Assembly (NCBI RefSeq): GCF_021869535.1
Contig: NW_026262648.1
Span: 1,922,001-1,986,000, forward strand
Length of the DNA: 64,000 nt
Reading direction: 5' to 3'
From: Mytilus californianus
Lineage: Eukaryota
Part shown: positions 24,648-37,446 of the stretch, one piece after another
Layout: each line of letters opens with the position of its first letter
Position numbering within the stretch: position 1 is the first letter of the stretch
Translations under genes and position numbers: made by a program
Notes under the pieces: generated by a model
Seen by the model: only the letters and a program-made list of their open reading frames with translations
What the model was told of the DNA's origin: nothing
The model's database searches: none

Positions 24648-25805
24648 ACATGATTTTGTCCTGAATATAAGTGTAATGTTTGCCGCTGGATGTTTGGCCG
24701 CCATTAAACTATCTCATATTTTACTTTATACTAGTAGTATGCATATAACGCTTTCGATAAAAACATATTATTTTATCAAACTAAATATATATCATAACAA
24801 AGACCGGGGTTTTGTTTGAAATTATAAATAAAATGACAATAATAAAATTAATAATGACTGTGCTAAACTTCAAGGTTAATTTCTGAATTTTGGAATACAA
24901 AGTTTTTTCAAAAACAGGAAAACACTTATTATATCATCTAAACGATAATGTCAGTCAATAGACATTTTTGAAAACAGAAAAATGAAAAATAAATCAAAAT
25001 AAACAATAATGCAGGATATATTGAAGTATTTCCTCATTTTTCTACAGAAATTGTACTGGAAAGAACCTAAATAACTAATACTCAGAAAACCTTTGGTTAA
25101 GAATAGATAGAAAATTTCCGTTTACGTAGGTCGGCGTGTGTTTGGCTTTACATTGTGGTATAGTATAGAATAAGAGACATGGTAATATGGCCGTATAGGT
25201 AGGCAAGTGTTCATGTTTCCCAAATCTTACGAACGTATTTTTTTTTATAAATATGATAATAAATTAGTACTGTAGAATTTGTACCCCTGAAGCAACCCTA
25301 AGTCTAACTTTTCATTTTATTCCTGTGTCGATGTAAGAGAAGTGGTGTGAGTTGCAAGAGTTATTTTATTTCAAAGTTTTTTTGTCTGTGTGCTGTTCAA
25401 TCGAACAGGAATGACATTCACTATGTACAGAAAAAGAGCTAATTGTTTTCTGACTATGCAAGAACGAATCTTACCGCTTATGTTAAGTGTGAATTCAAAT
25501 GGCCATAAGTTCATTCTGACCAAAAATGTCCGTTATCCGTTTTATCAGAGTTCCAACGTTAAAGTCATATGTTACTTCAAAGTTGACAAAAAAAAATAAT
25601 ATATATCTTATATAACTAAATGACCAATTTGTATTATCATACACATGTACATAGACTTTTTTAAAAAGATTTTTTGTTTATGTTATCCAAATCCACAGAC
25701 AATATAGATCTACTACTATCAAATTATTGTCAATAGTTGTAAAAGTGGCGTTAAACTCCAACAATCAATCAGTCAATGTATTGTATTATATTGCATTGTA
25801 TTGTA

Positions 25806-27180
25806 TTTTTTTGTATTGCTATGAGTTACAATTTATGACAAAAATCAGCAAAGACCCATCGAAACAACATCTGATACACAAATTTAATAATACTTTTAGA
25901 TATTTGGATGATATTTTGGCTCTCAATAATGACGACTTCAGTGTGTATACTAAAGAAATTTATACTGTTGAACTTACTTTAAATAAAGCTAATACTAACA
26001 ATGACCACTGCCCTTTCCTCGATCTTGATATCTATATCATTAACGGAAAGCTTAATACTAAAATATATGATAAAAGAGATGATTTTTCATTTCCTATCGT
26101 TAATTATCCATTTTTAGATGGTGACGTTCCCTTGTCACCATCTTACGGTGTTTATATATCTCAACTTGTACGATTCGCTCGTGTATGTAACAATGTTTTA
26201 GATTTTAACGAGAGAAATTTATGTATTACTGAAAAATTATTACACCAGGGTTTTCGATATCACAAACTAGTCAAAACATTTACTAAATTTTATCATCGGT
26301 ATAAGGACATCATTCGTAAATATAGCTCAACATGCAGACTTCTTATACGTTCAGGTATTTCACATCCAATTTTTTATGGAAATATTCTTTATAAAGCACA
26401 AAAATGTCAGTATTCACCTCTGAAGCTGACAAAACCTTTAAATAGACTTATTAAGAAGGGATATAGTTACGATACTGTTGTCAGGTCATTAAAGATTGCA
26501 TATTTTGGCGTTAATATTGATTCACTTATAGGGTCTTTGCATCGGCACTAAACACATTTGTTTAAAAACCAGTTGTTGGCATGACACGGGTTATGTTCTT
26601 CTCATATATGTTATGATGGTATGATACTAAACCCCTAACGGGAAGGATTGTGCCTGATATTCATATGATGAAGACATAATCTTTCAATCAGTTTAATTGA
26701 AGTCTGGAGCTGGCATGTCAGTTAACTGCTAGTAGTCTGTTGTTATTTATGTATTATTGTCATTTTGTTTATTTTCTTTGGTTACATCTTCTGACATCAG
26801 ACTCGGAATTCTCTTGAACTGAATTTTAATGTGCGTATTGTTATGCGTTTACTTTTCTACATTGGCTAGAGGTATAGGGGGAGGGTTGAGATCTCATAAA
26901 CATGTTTAACCCCGCCGCATTTTTGCGCCTGTCCCAAGTCAGGAGCCTCTAGCCTTTGTCAGTCTTGTTTTATTTTTAATTTTAGTTTCTTGTGTACAAT
27001 TTGGAGTTTAGTATGGCGTTCATTATCACTGAACTAGTATATATATTTGTTTAGGGGCCAGCTGAAGTACGCCTCCGGGTGCGGGAATTTCTCGCTGCAT
27101 TGAAGACCTGTTGGTAACCTATTGCTGTTGTCTGTTCTATGGTCGGGTTGTTGTCTCTTTGACACATTCCCCATTCCCAT
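25806..27180 (+). mobile_element. Penelope-like family A, 5'-truncated, open RT C-terminal half (to 26551) plus 3' UTR running into the gap
   Basis: LYCYELQFM...FRYLDDIL...CPFLDL...TKIYDKRDDF...YGVYISQLVRFAR; ORF ends with no endonuclease domain. Confidence 0.92.
26598..26673 (+). ncRNA. SECIS element (type II-like), family A
   Basis: ATGA at 26613; helix II GGTATGATACT/AGGATTGTGCC (10 of 11 pairs); AAA 26629-26631; mini-stem CCC-TAAC-GGG; TGAT 26655-26658; helix I CATAT/ATATG and CTTC/GAAG. Confidence 0.75.
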
Positions 27181-27444
27181 NNNNNNNNNNNNNNNNNNNN
27201 NNNNNNNNNNNNNNNNNNNNNNNNNNNNNNNNNNNNNNNNNNNNNNNNNNNNNNNNNNNNNNNNNNNNNNNNNNNNNNNNNNNNNNNNNNNNNNNNNNNN
27301 NNNNNNNNNNNNNNNNNNNNNNNNNNNNNNNNNNNNNNNNNNNNNNNNNNNNNNNNNNNNNNNNNNNNNNNNNNNNNNNNNNNNNNNNNNNNNNNNNNNN
27401 NNNNNNNNNNNNNNNNNNNNNNNNNNNNNNNNNNNNNNNNNNNN
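27181..27444. other. Assembly gap (264 N)
   Basis: Run of N. Confidence 1.
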
Positions 27445-27474
27445 CAGTATGGGATGGCATGTTATAGCATACTT

Positions 27475-27550
27475 ATGTATTGTAGTACGTTGTATTGTAT
27501 TGTATTGTATTGTATTGTTTTGTATTGTATTGTATTGTATTGTATTGTAA
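27475..27550. repeat. (TATTG)n microsatellite; related tract at 25776-25815
   Basis: Direct reading. Confidence 0.95.
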
Positions 27551-28161
27551 TTTGCAATTCATTACAATATAAAGCAATACAATGCAAAACAATACACTAG
27601 AGGGACAATATATACTACCAGAAGAGGGACCTTGTGTATTTCTAAATATATGGGTAAGATTTTGATGTCTTGACTTTGTCACGTCACTAGAGTAGGCAAA
27701 GACAATAAAAAAACATCCATTGTAACCAAATCAAAGAATACGTCACCACAATAATGCTTGGTAAAGTTCTTTCGTGTCCATTACCACAGTTCTTTGCAAC
27801 GCTAAATCTTGCTTGGTTTGGCGAAAAGATGTGTTTATTCAAACAAAAATGTCTTTTCCGTTATTTAGGAATTTAAGAAATTTTTAAAAGTGTAGATTTT
27901 CATGTCGGGGGATCCATGCATGGCACGAGACGCTTATCCTATTGACGTATCGGGTCTCGTTCATTTTGGAGTTCATGCGATTTCTCCAGATTTTGTTTGT
28001 TACCTTAAATTGTCTTCTTAATCAATTCATTAGACTTGTACATTGGAAACCTAATGTTGCCTTTATTTACACCCACCTCAATACACAAAATATTGACACA
28101 TCAAATATCGTACGCTCGAAAATTCGAAAAACGAGCATATGTTCAAGAATCATGCAAAAAT

Positions 28162-28336
28162 TGATTGATTGATTGATTGTTGATGTTTAATGTTACTTTC
28201 AGCACTATTGGCTTCTTTTGGAGGTCAGTTTTTATTGGTGGAGGAAGCCAGAGTGCCCGGAGAAAACAATCCTAGTCAATTAAGTTTGGAATCGAACGCA
28301 CGTTGAACTACATAGACCACTCGGCCACCGAGGCCT
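28162..28336 (-). mobile_element. tRNA-derived SINE with V-type domain, internally deleted, (ATCA)n tail
   Basis: Minus strand reads GGCCTCGGTGGCCGAGTGGTCTA...GTTCGATTCC...TTTTCTCCGGGCACTC. Confidence 0.65.
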
Positions 28337-29054
28337 CTCGTGCCGAGTTGATCGTCAAAAGGATTATTTTAACAAGATTTTGTCACATTAAAATTTTAAG
28401 TTTGTAAGTTTAATGTAACTTTTTAGAAGGCACACATTTTCTTTTTTCCACTAGTATGTATCTGCTAAACATTACGTGATTAAAACGGTATAACTGAGTG
28501 GAGAATATCACATAAATCCACATGTTTGTTAATTTTTTATGAACAAATTGAAACTTGAATTCCAAGGTAGTATTTAATTTTCTGAAATGCAATATACATT
28601 TAACTTTTATATGTGGATTTTCAGTAATATTGTATACTTGTTTTGTACTTGTCACAAACATACTATTTAAAGTTTAATATGGCAATAAACATTGAAATTA
28701 ATTGAATTGGTGTATTCTCTTGTTCCTGTTAAATCTTTAAAAAAATCATTTCCACATTTTTTTTTTCTTCTGTATACTGAATGAATATCGTGGCTAAACA
28801 AAGCTACGTTTACCAAAAGTTTATGGTGAAGTTTAACTCAGTCATGACCGAACCAAATCATAACAAAAACAATGCAACACTTGAAGTGACGCTCCATCAC
28901 GTGATAGCCATAGATAGTAAAACATCTATTTAAATTCATTCATCATACATCTATTAAAGGTAACAATAATTTACCTACCAAAAACTTCCTCCTTTCGATT
29001 ACTTTTTCTTCCTGTTTTTAAAAATATATGTTCAATAATTGAAAGGAATGTAAA

Positions 29055-29322
29055 ATGGCAACATCGAAGCCTACGTCTACGAGAGATTACATTTGTAAGA
29101 TTAATGATGCAGTACAGCATATGAATAATCTTCTTGGACATGGTATAGTTGATCTTAATGATCTTTTAAAGAAGAAAAATTCTACAGATGAAATCCAGGC
29201 AATTTTGAACATAGACGACATAGGATTTCGCGGTGAAAAAAACAAACTTAAAAATCAGCTGGATGAATTTGCTAATATATATGAACAATTAAGATCAACC
29301 ATAATCAGGAATAAGAAAGGGC
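29055..29322 (+). CDS. Unidentified small protein, coding exon 1
   Basis: AAAATGG start, 89 open codons with amphipathic/coiled-coil character, donor GGG C|gtaagt. Confidence 0.65.
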
Positions 29323-29566
29323 GTAAGTGTTTAAAAATTATCAGTAATTCAAACTTGATTAATAAATATTCGTTTACTTTTTTTAAAAATCAATCAGGAA
29401 GTTAACTTTCAATACTTAATGATATGTCATCTTTGACTAAATTTAAATCGGCCATTACATTCAGAGTAAGTTAGAATGTACACTTACACTACAGAAGTTC
29501 CGTATGAACCTGTATCTCGGTATGCCGATTTGTCACTGTTGCTGTATTCTCCCAATGTCATCTCAG

Positions 29567-29679
29567 TTAAGGAATCCAAAGAAATCACCAAAAAAACATT
29601 TTTTAATATAATGTTTAAAACAGGAAGAAAACAGGGAAGTCTGTTAACAGATAAAAAGATCAAAACATTTTCTGAATGA
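29567..29679 (+). CDS. Unidentified small protein, exon 2 (total 126 aa)
   Basis: tcatctcag|TT AAG; phase-1 join gives LKESKEITKK...KTFSE*. Confidence 0.5.
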
Positions 29680-30950
29680 ATTATTTATCATAAAGGAAAG
29701 TTATATTAATATAGTGGAAATTGTTCAAACATATCCATCATCAACATTTCCCGTACCAATTGCTTTAACAGCCGAAACAGGCAATTCGTTTCATTTAATA
29801 TTAAAACAAATAAGGAGATGTGGTATAGTTTCCAATTATACAACTATCGTAAACGACTAACAAGGATGTGACCCATTACAGGTCACCCTACGTCCTTCAA
29901 AAATAGTTTGCCTTGAACCAAAACCTAATACACACGTGGATGTTTCACTTTCTCATGCTAATGTACATACAAACATTTATGACTTACGGGACAACTTTTC
30001 CTCATAATTCAGTTTTTTTTATGTGCATAACTTTGCAATGAAGTCTCGGATTTCAATAAACGTAGAATGTTCACTGCAAGAATTTAATAAAATGTGGCAG
30101 TTTGCATCAACATTTCTACGGGTCATTTTTTATAAAGTAACAATTAAGTGTTTATGAATTTTACTTCAAATCTTTCTCTTTAGCTTCATATGATTACTGT
30201 GAAAGTTTGATATTGAACTATTGTCTGTTGCTGTTTAATCACTGTGCCTTTTTCTAAACCTCAAATCGCTTATTTGTAGTTTGAAAGATTCGTATGGGTT
30301 TCTTCTGTTTCTTTTGTGTTGTTTTGTTTTCCCTAATTTCTTGTCTACATTGATCTTTTTGATAGTGTTGTCAAACCTATTCTGTTATCTATTATATGGT
30401 TCGAAATTATGGAAAAGGTGCATCTAACATGTTGTAAGTTGCTCATTAATCTGACACCTCCCACTCCAAACTATATCATATATGGTGAGCCCGGACATAT
30501 ATCCACTTTATATTGATGCAAAACTTAGGATGATGGTCTCAATTAATTATGGGAAATCAGTCAAAATATTCCTCTATCATATATAGATTATTGTAGCACT
30601 TGTATCGTACTAAAAAATCTATTCCAAATGGTTAAGATTTATCAAACAGATTTTTATGAGGGCGGATTTTCTTGTTTTTCAAACACACAGTACGCAGATC
30701 TTCAATAATTTCTGCTTAATTTATTCCTTAATTATAGACTCGGGACGATTTAGAGCTTGAACTATCGTATAGACATTTGTCTAGTGTTGAAAATTGTATC
30801 TTTCCCTCTATATCTCGTTTGTTTTTTTTTGTTTTTTTTTTTGGTTTGCTTTCTCATTGAATTTTACCCCACACCTCCTTTTATTCATGTACAAGTACAA
30901 AATCAGAACACTTTTGTTTTATTAATAAATCCTCGTCGCATGGCTGTATA

Positions 30951-30988
30951 CTGAGACTACTATAACACATGTGTTATAGTAGTCTCAG
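30951..30988. repeat. Perfect 38-bp palindrome flanked by CTGTATA direct repeats
   Basis: CTGAGACTACTATAACACA|TGTGTTATAGTAGTCTCAG. Confidence 0.9.
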
Positions 30989-32952
30989 CTGTATACAAGA
31001 TCAAACTTGCCCCCAAAATGCCTCATGTGAAATGTGTACAACTAGTCAAATAAAGATATCAAAATAATATTTTTTATCTTAAAGTTGTATATGTAACCAT
31101 TTAATTCATTAAGTCATAAGTTTGATCGCCTCCTAACAATTTAAATAATTTGATATAGACGTTGGCATCAAATTATAACCAATTCCGGATTTGTATGACA
31201 TGTCCCTTCCGACTTTGGACCAGTTTCTTAGATAGGTCGGAAACACAAGACGCTATTTTTTGTCAACAACGTGCCATCGATCTAATGAACTCAAATAAAA
31301 AAAAATATTTAAAATCGAAATATATTTTAGATACAATTATTTTATGCACAAGTATACTAGTGACTCTCAAAATATTAGGCATGTCTTTGTTCAAACATAT
31401 AAAAGGGAAATTCGGAGAAATATGTTAGTAGGTCGAAAATACAATACACGATCGCGAGGATATGAAAAAGGAAATGAAGGTCAGTCAATTTTATACTTAA
31501 AAGTTAAAAACCTTGCTTATTTGATTATCTCTGACTTTATTAAATAAGCTACCGTAACAGTAATAAGTGCAAAAACTAGCATATCAGTTCAAACCAGAAA
31601 TCAAGTTAATTCATTGAGATGTTTTCTTATAAAATTGAATTTATTCAAATGGCAAATTCTTATCTTTCACAACCATTAAGTAAAAGGCACAAGATTTGTT
31701 TTACCAACTAGATCCATCATTTGTGATATAAATTTCCAATTATCAATTAGATAAAAAATATCCAATACTTTGTTTTAAAATATGTATACCACTGGTCCAG
31801 CTGATACAGCATCTTGAAGAGTAGAAGCCCCATTTTTTCCCCAAAAAGTTTACTTTCTTAATCTATAAAATACCCTCAGAAATTTGGCAAGGGCTACTAG
31901 CTGTGCTTGCTAACCTAATAATTGAATTTTACAATAATAATGATTTTAAAATTCAAAATTATGTCACTTACAATTTTAAGTATTATTTTTTACAGACTTT
32001 CTTTCAAAATTTTTGTTAAACAGATCCCTTTTCTGTAGGATATTTTCTAGGCAGTACTGAACTGTTCAACTAAGAAACATAGGATTGACCTAAAAGGTTT
32101 TTTTTATAGAAGAAACTATTGTGACTCATGGTCCCACTTTTTAGAATATAACATTTTTAAAAATGATCAGTATTATTTATTATTCAAGTTTATTTCAGAA
32201 AGATTATTTAAATTATATAAAGTATGTTTTATTGCATTAAACATTGTTAGAAGTATTTACAAAAATTTCTACTAGAAGTGATCCCATATCCCATTACAAA
32301 AATTACATAGTAAATTTCATCAGCGAGAGCTACTTTATATCAATTCAGCTAGGTTTCTGGGTGACATTTCTAAATTTTTACCAATTTTTTGTCTTCTAAT
32401 TTTTACCACTAATCCTTCTCTGAAAAGTAGGGAAGTATCTCTTCTTAATATTATAATAACATACTCGTAAATCAAATTTCATTAATTTTCATCTTGATTT
32501 TTGTAAAGTAAACTCCTTTTTATGTTTTTTGCTGGGTTTTTATTTTCGACTGGTGATGTCAAGGGGAGATAACCACTTGCACAAATCGTAAAAAAAACCA
32601 CCGCTTCGTGTTGAAAATAACTTGACGTTTGCGTATCCAAAACTCTATTGCCTAGATATATCTAGTGTTTGTCTTAATGAGATGCTTTATCAAATTTAAA
32701 TTCAGCCCATCATTTTTAGTTTCCTCGAAAATATTTAGATTTTTCGATCAAGAGACTTGACAATTTTCACGCAAACTTTAAGTTTGAAGGTAAAATTAAG
32801 AAAGAAGGACTTTTAGTTGACATGTAAGTTTTGACGAGTGAAAACTATGTATATTCAAGATTATTTAGATCAATAAGTTTTTATCATGACAGTGGCATTT
32901 TATTGAGTAAAAGTGAGGTTTGTCTCCGTCGTTGTTTTACAGAATTTTCACG

Positions 32953-32962
32953 GTCACGTGAC
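32953..32962. promoter_or_regulatory. GTCACGTGAC E-box/CLEAR-type palindrome, with CRE-like TGATGACGTC about 50 bp downstream
   Basis: Motif match only, in a locally CpG-richer patch. Confidence 0.25.
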
Positions 32963-34411
32963 TCTATTGTTGCTGATAGACTTGGGGTCAAACCGTGACC
33001 TGCTTTCCAACTGATGACGTCCGAAAAAATATGATCTGGCCATACATATATTAAACGGAGTGATGGCAACCAATTCAAAGTGAAAAACCAACTTTACAAT
33101 TTTAGAAAATATAGAAAAAAGATAATTCTAAAAACACTCAGGATATCTAAACAATCAAAATTATCATAAAAAAAATTATTAAGTACAGACGGAACGGATA
33201 TGATCTCTTCAGCGGAGATTGATAAGGAATATTTTCAAAAACATTGACGGAAATGAGCACGAGGAAATATAGATGGGAAGACACAGCACAATGATGAGAA
33301 AAATAATTGACGATCGCCAAGAAAACATAATTCACCAAATACAAAAAAACACATGGGCGTTAGGAGCTAAAATATGTGAAATTTTCAAATCAAAACATTT
33401 GTTGAGTCTTTGATTTTTTCTTGAAATTAGAAATACATATTAATATTCCGAGTAAAAACAATGATATGAATTCCATTTTACAACCCAAGAAATTTACAAA
33501 AAGAAGCATTCAATTCTTAAATGAGAGGCCAAAATCTGTTTAAATCTCACTGATTCTCAAAGAAACAGTTGTATTTATAGAACGACCGACGTTTATTTGG
33601 TATATATTCAGATGTATTCCCTTTTTCACTTTTATGTTGTTTTTTTTTCTTCTTTTTTTATTAAATAGTAAAATCTGGAAAGGCAAGCTCATATTGTTTA
33701 CTACATATTGTAAGATAATCTCTGACAAGCAGTAAATATGCATACCTTTCTTTTATTTCAGTTTGCATGTACTGCATGATTAAGTCATATTATATATATT
33801 ACATTGTTCAACTTCCTTGATTCTGTTACAGGAACAAACACATATCATTGGTCAAAAAATGTAGCAAAACTTGTAGCAAATCGGGAATTCTATTTTTTTT
33901 AAATACATCTCCGCGATCTCGAAATTTTCTTTTTCATCTATTGTTATCAGTTTACATAATTGTTAGAGTGTTATTTTATCGTCCACTGTAATTAATTTTG
34001 TCATATTAAAGTTTTGGTTATCGTCTGTTAAAGTCATTAAGTCAAATGGCTATCCTGCTATTATAGATTAACATAGCATGTTCTCTATGTCACGTAGTAA
34101 ATACTTTTATTTTGTTTTTGTAAACAAAGAGTTGGGGAATATTTGGAGAATATTTAGGTCAGTTGGAGAATATTTGGAGATTATTTAGGTCAGTTGGAGA
34201 ATATTTAGAGATGATGGGTATATAACGGTCCCCTGTTTTAGTGTTGAGAAGATTGAAGGCGAGGAAAGAACTATACAATATGAAACGTTCAAAAGGATTC
34301 TGTTATCTTGGCAGATTCTGGGCAGATTTTAGCAGATCTTGGGAGGACTTACATAGATTCATAGAAAGTTGTGTTACATTACTATTCAACTGTATTTAGT
34401 TTTGATATTTT

Positions 34412-34545
34412 GTCCGCACAGTATTGGACACTGTTGCGTGGTTTTTGTCCGCTCAGTATTGGACACTGTTGCGTGGTTTTGTCCGCATAGTATTGGACAC
34501 TATGCGTGGTTTTTTGTGTGTGCACAGTATTGGACACTGTTGCTT
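34412..34545. repeat. Minisatellite, ~35-bp unit x4
   Basis: TTTTGTCCGCACAGTATTGGACACTGTTGCGTGGT. Confidence 0.9.
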
Positions 34546-34936
34546 ATTTTGATGCGGAATGTAATGAAATCCGTTTGTGATGTGTGAAAGTGATGTACAA
34601 ATGAATCTTTGAATCATACATTGTGTGAACTGTGTATAATGTGAATATTAGCCTGGAATATAATTTTAATAAATCGTAGATTAGTCAATTTATTTGTATA
34701 TTTTCTTTAACAACAAGACTACACATCATTGGATTATTTGTCGTTAATTGATTGTTCTTTCAATGTATCCGGACTGACCTGAAAGTTTTACTATACTCGA
34801 CCGCAATGGCATAATGAAAAGAAATATTTACCATAGTTTCCAGTACTTATAGTTATTAGTTTTTAAATAGAATAATATAAAGATCATTATATATGAAATC
34901 TGCTTAAGTTTATAGTGCAAAAAATGTACTTTTCAG

Positions 34937-34999
34937 GCAACGGGGAAGAACAAGAAGACAGTGGATACATCAGTAAAGATTCAAATCTTCTTGAAAGCG
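34937..34999 (+). CDS. Probable internal exon of an unidentified gene
   Basis: tacttttcag|GC AAC...AGC G|gtaaga; NGEEQEDSGYISKDSNLLES; phase fits 35752 exon. Confidence 0.45.
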
Positions 35000-35333
35000 G
35001 TAAGAAAACATTCGTCACGATTATTTGCATGCTCTGTATTAATCACAAATGTCCACTTAATAATTGGTATTCCTCATAGATATAGACAGCGTCGATTATG
35101 GTTTAATCAAATTGTTTAATTTCTGAATTAGTTCGAAAGTCCTTTATTGAATTAAACCATGAAATTGTTTGGAATGACAACAAAGGCAGAACTTTGACCT
35201 GTCATAAAAATACGCAATTGGGAGCTAATGGAGACAGACAGATTTATGATTATAACCGCGAGATTTTCTTATGATTCGTCTATTTAGAAAGTTTAAGTTC
35301 TCATGATGACACTCATCTTACAATCTTTATTTA

Positions 35334-35766
35334 AGATGACATACTTTGTTCTTTTTTTTAGATGACATACCTTCTTCTTTGTTTTAGATGACATACATTG
35401 TTCTTTATTTTAGATGACATACCTTGTTCTTTAAGTTAGATGACATACCTTGTTCTTTAATTTAGATGACATACCTTGTTCTTCATTTTAGATGACATAC
35501 CTTGCTCTTTATCTTAGATGACATACCTTGTTCTTTAAGTTAGATGACATACCTTGTTCTTTAATTTAGATGACATACCTTGTTCTTTATTTTAGATGAC
35601 ATACATTGTTCTTTAAGTTAGATGACATACCTTGTTCTTTAATTTAGATGACATACCTTGTTCTTCATTTTAGATGACATACATTGTTCTTTATTTTAGA
35701 TGACATAACTTGTTCTTTATTTTAGATGACATACATTGTTCTTTATTTTAGATGGCATACCTTGTT
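35334..35766. repeat. 26-bp minisatellite x17 built on a splice acceptor
   Basis: AGATGACATACCTTGTTCTTTAATTT; AG every 26 bp from 35334 to 35750. Confidence 0.95.
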
Positions 35767-35810
35767 CAAACGGCGGAATACAGGACGCTACACCACATGA
35801 TACTTCACAG
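35752..35810 (+). CDS. Probable internal exon of an unidentified gene
   Basis: tttattttag|AT GGC...TCA CAG|gtaatt; DGIPCSNGGIQDATPHDTSQ. Confidence 0.45.
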
Positions 35811-37165
35811 GTAATTGAAAGTCTTATGGAATGCATAGGAAATCTATTATTTAGTTTGGCATATTATGGGTTTTTTTTCGGAAAATCTGTCCGCTCTATT
35901 GGCGTAAAGCATAAGTACAACGTGAGGGTACCCAAATTGCACCTATTTTGACAGTTTTTTCACCTACGTTTATTTATGATCCAGACACAAGTTTCCATTC
36001 TGTGTTTATTTTGTAGATGTATATTTATTTACTATATTGTTACACCAATTTAATTTTGAATCCATCTTGAATCATAGAAAAATGGGTTTGAACCAACCCC
36101 CAAACGATCCATGATTCTGTAATGAGGAGTACCCAAATTGCATCCATACTTAAATTCGCATCCTTAAAAATCGTATAACAGATGTTTTGTTTTATTTATT
36201 CAAATATTTAGAACAATTTGACATTAGTCCATGTTTACTATTCATTTTTTAAGAAGTGGATGCTTGTAACATATTTAATTTGATCATTTTTAAAAGATGA
36301 CTTTTTGTGGACGTTGTATGGTGACGTTCCGAAGATTTTGCTTTTTCTAGTGAATACATCATCTGTTGATATATACTGTGAACGTTTTGTGTATATTCAA
36401 ATATAGCCTACCTATGTTGAAAGACATGTATAATGTCAAATCATGAAAATACAAATTGTTTAGTCTCAAAGAATACTTGTAAGAATCCCGCTGCTATTTT
36501 TGCTGAAAATGTGCAATTTGGGTACTCTGACGTTATATTGTAACAAAATACAAATTACATGAATATAAATAAGAAGATGTGGTATGAGTGCCAATGAGAC
36601 AACTATCCATCCATGAAGCATATACATAACAAATTTTACAACAATCAGATAATCAAGAGTACCTTTTCATCAGTTCCATCGACCGTTTTAAAAAGTAACC
36701 TTGTACTTTGTACTGTTGGAAAAGTGTTGGATTGAGTATATGTTGTAGCTTTATTTTTGTAAGTGAACCTCATTTAGTCAATATTTTGAGAGACCAGTAC
36801 ACAGCAGAAATTGTTTTCAATGGAAAAAGAAATGAAATTCATTATCGTTAACGTTACTCGAGAAAAAAATGCAGTCATCTAAGATTACGAAGTACTTTTT
36901 TATATCTACCCATTGTCGAGATTATGATCACTTAATTATTTTAAATTTCGTATGATGAGGAACACTTATTCCTTCATTGCCAAATTAACAGTAATGTAAG
37001 GCATTCCCTTATAAATGCAATTAAAACCCATTATCCTAATTTTAACCAGCTTGACTCAAACTCTAAACTTAAAACTATTCTAGATCCCAATAAAGATATT
37101 TTGTCTAGTATTGTAGACTATATAAAGCAATCTATGGAATTGCGAAAATAAGGTCCACATTGGTC

Positions 37166-37201
<36 letters not shown>

Positions 37202-37446
37202 AATATCGACTTGACTTGTTTAAAACATTTATCATGTATTATGTTTCTTGTCACTTGTGTATACAATGTACTATGTTTGCATTTTAACCCGCCAGGGTTT
37301 CATGTTTTGCAATAAAGTTAAAGTTATAATTTTACAAATTCAGTTAGAAAGTGATAAGTAAAATTCTCTCTCTGTAGCCATTTTGTTTAAATAATGATGT
37401 TTTGTGGTGAACTAATGTTTGTCATTCGACTCCTTTTCCTTTTTTT

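Noticed and set aside
25727-25805. N-terminus of the 274-aa ORF
   Set aside because: Read-through of flank and microsatellite; RT homology starts near 25806
27040-27180. GC-rich 3' end of family A as an HDV-like ribozyme
   Set aside because: GGGGCCA can pair with TGGCCTT, but I could not place the P3/L3 (UCC..CG) or J4/2 elements
27111-27682. ORFs spanning the gap and TATTG tract
   Set aside because: Artefacts of Ns and simple repeats
29878-30115. Two phase-compatible minus-strand exon-like segments
   Set aside because: In-frame TAA and no recognisable homology
35761-35847. Minus-strand exon reading FPMHSIRLSITCEVSCG
   Set aside because: Weak acceptor and no in-phase partner; the plus-strand reading has better support
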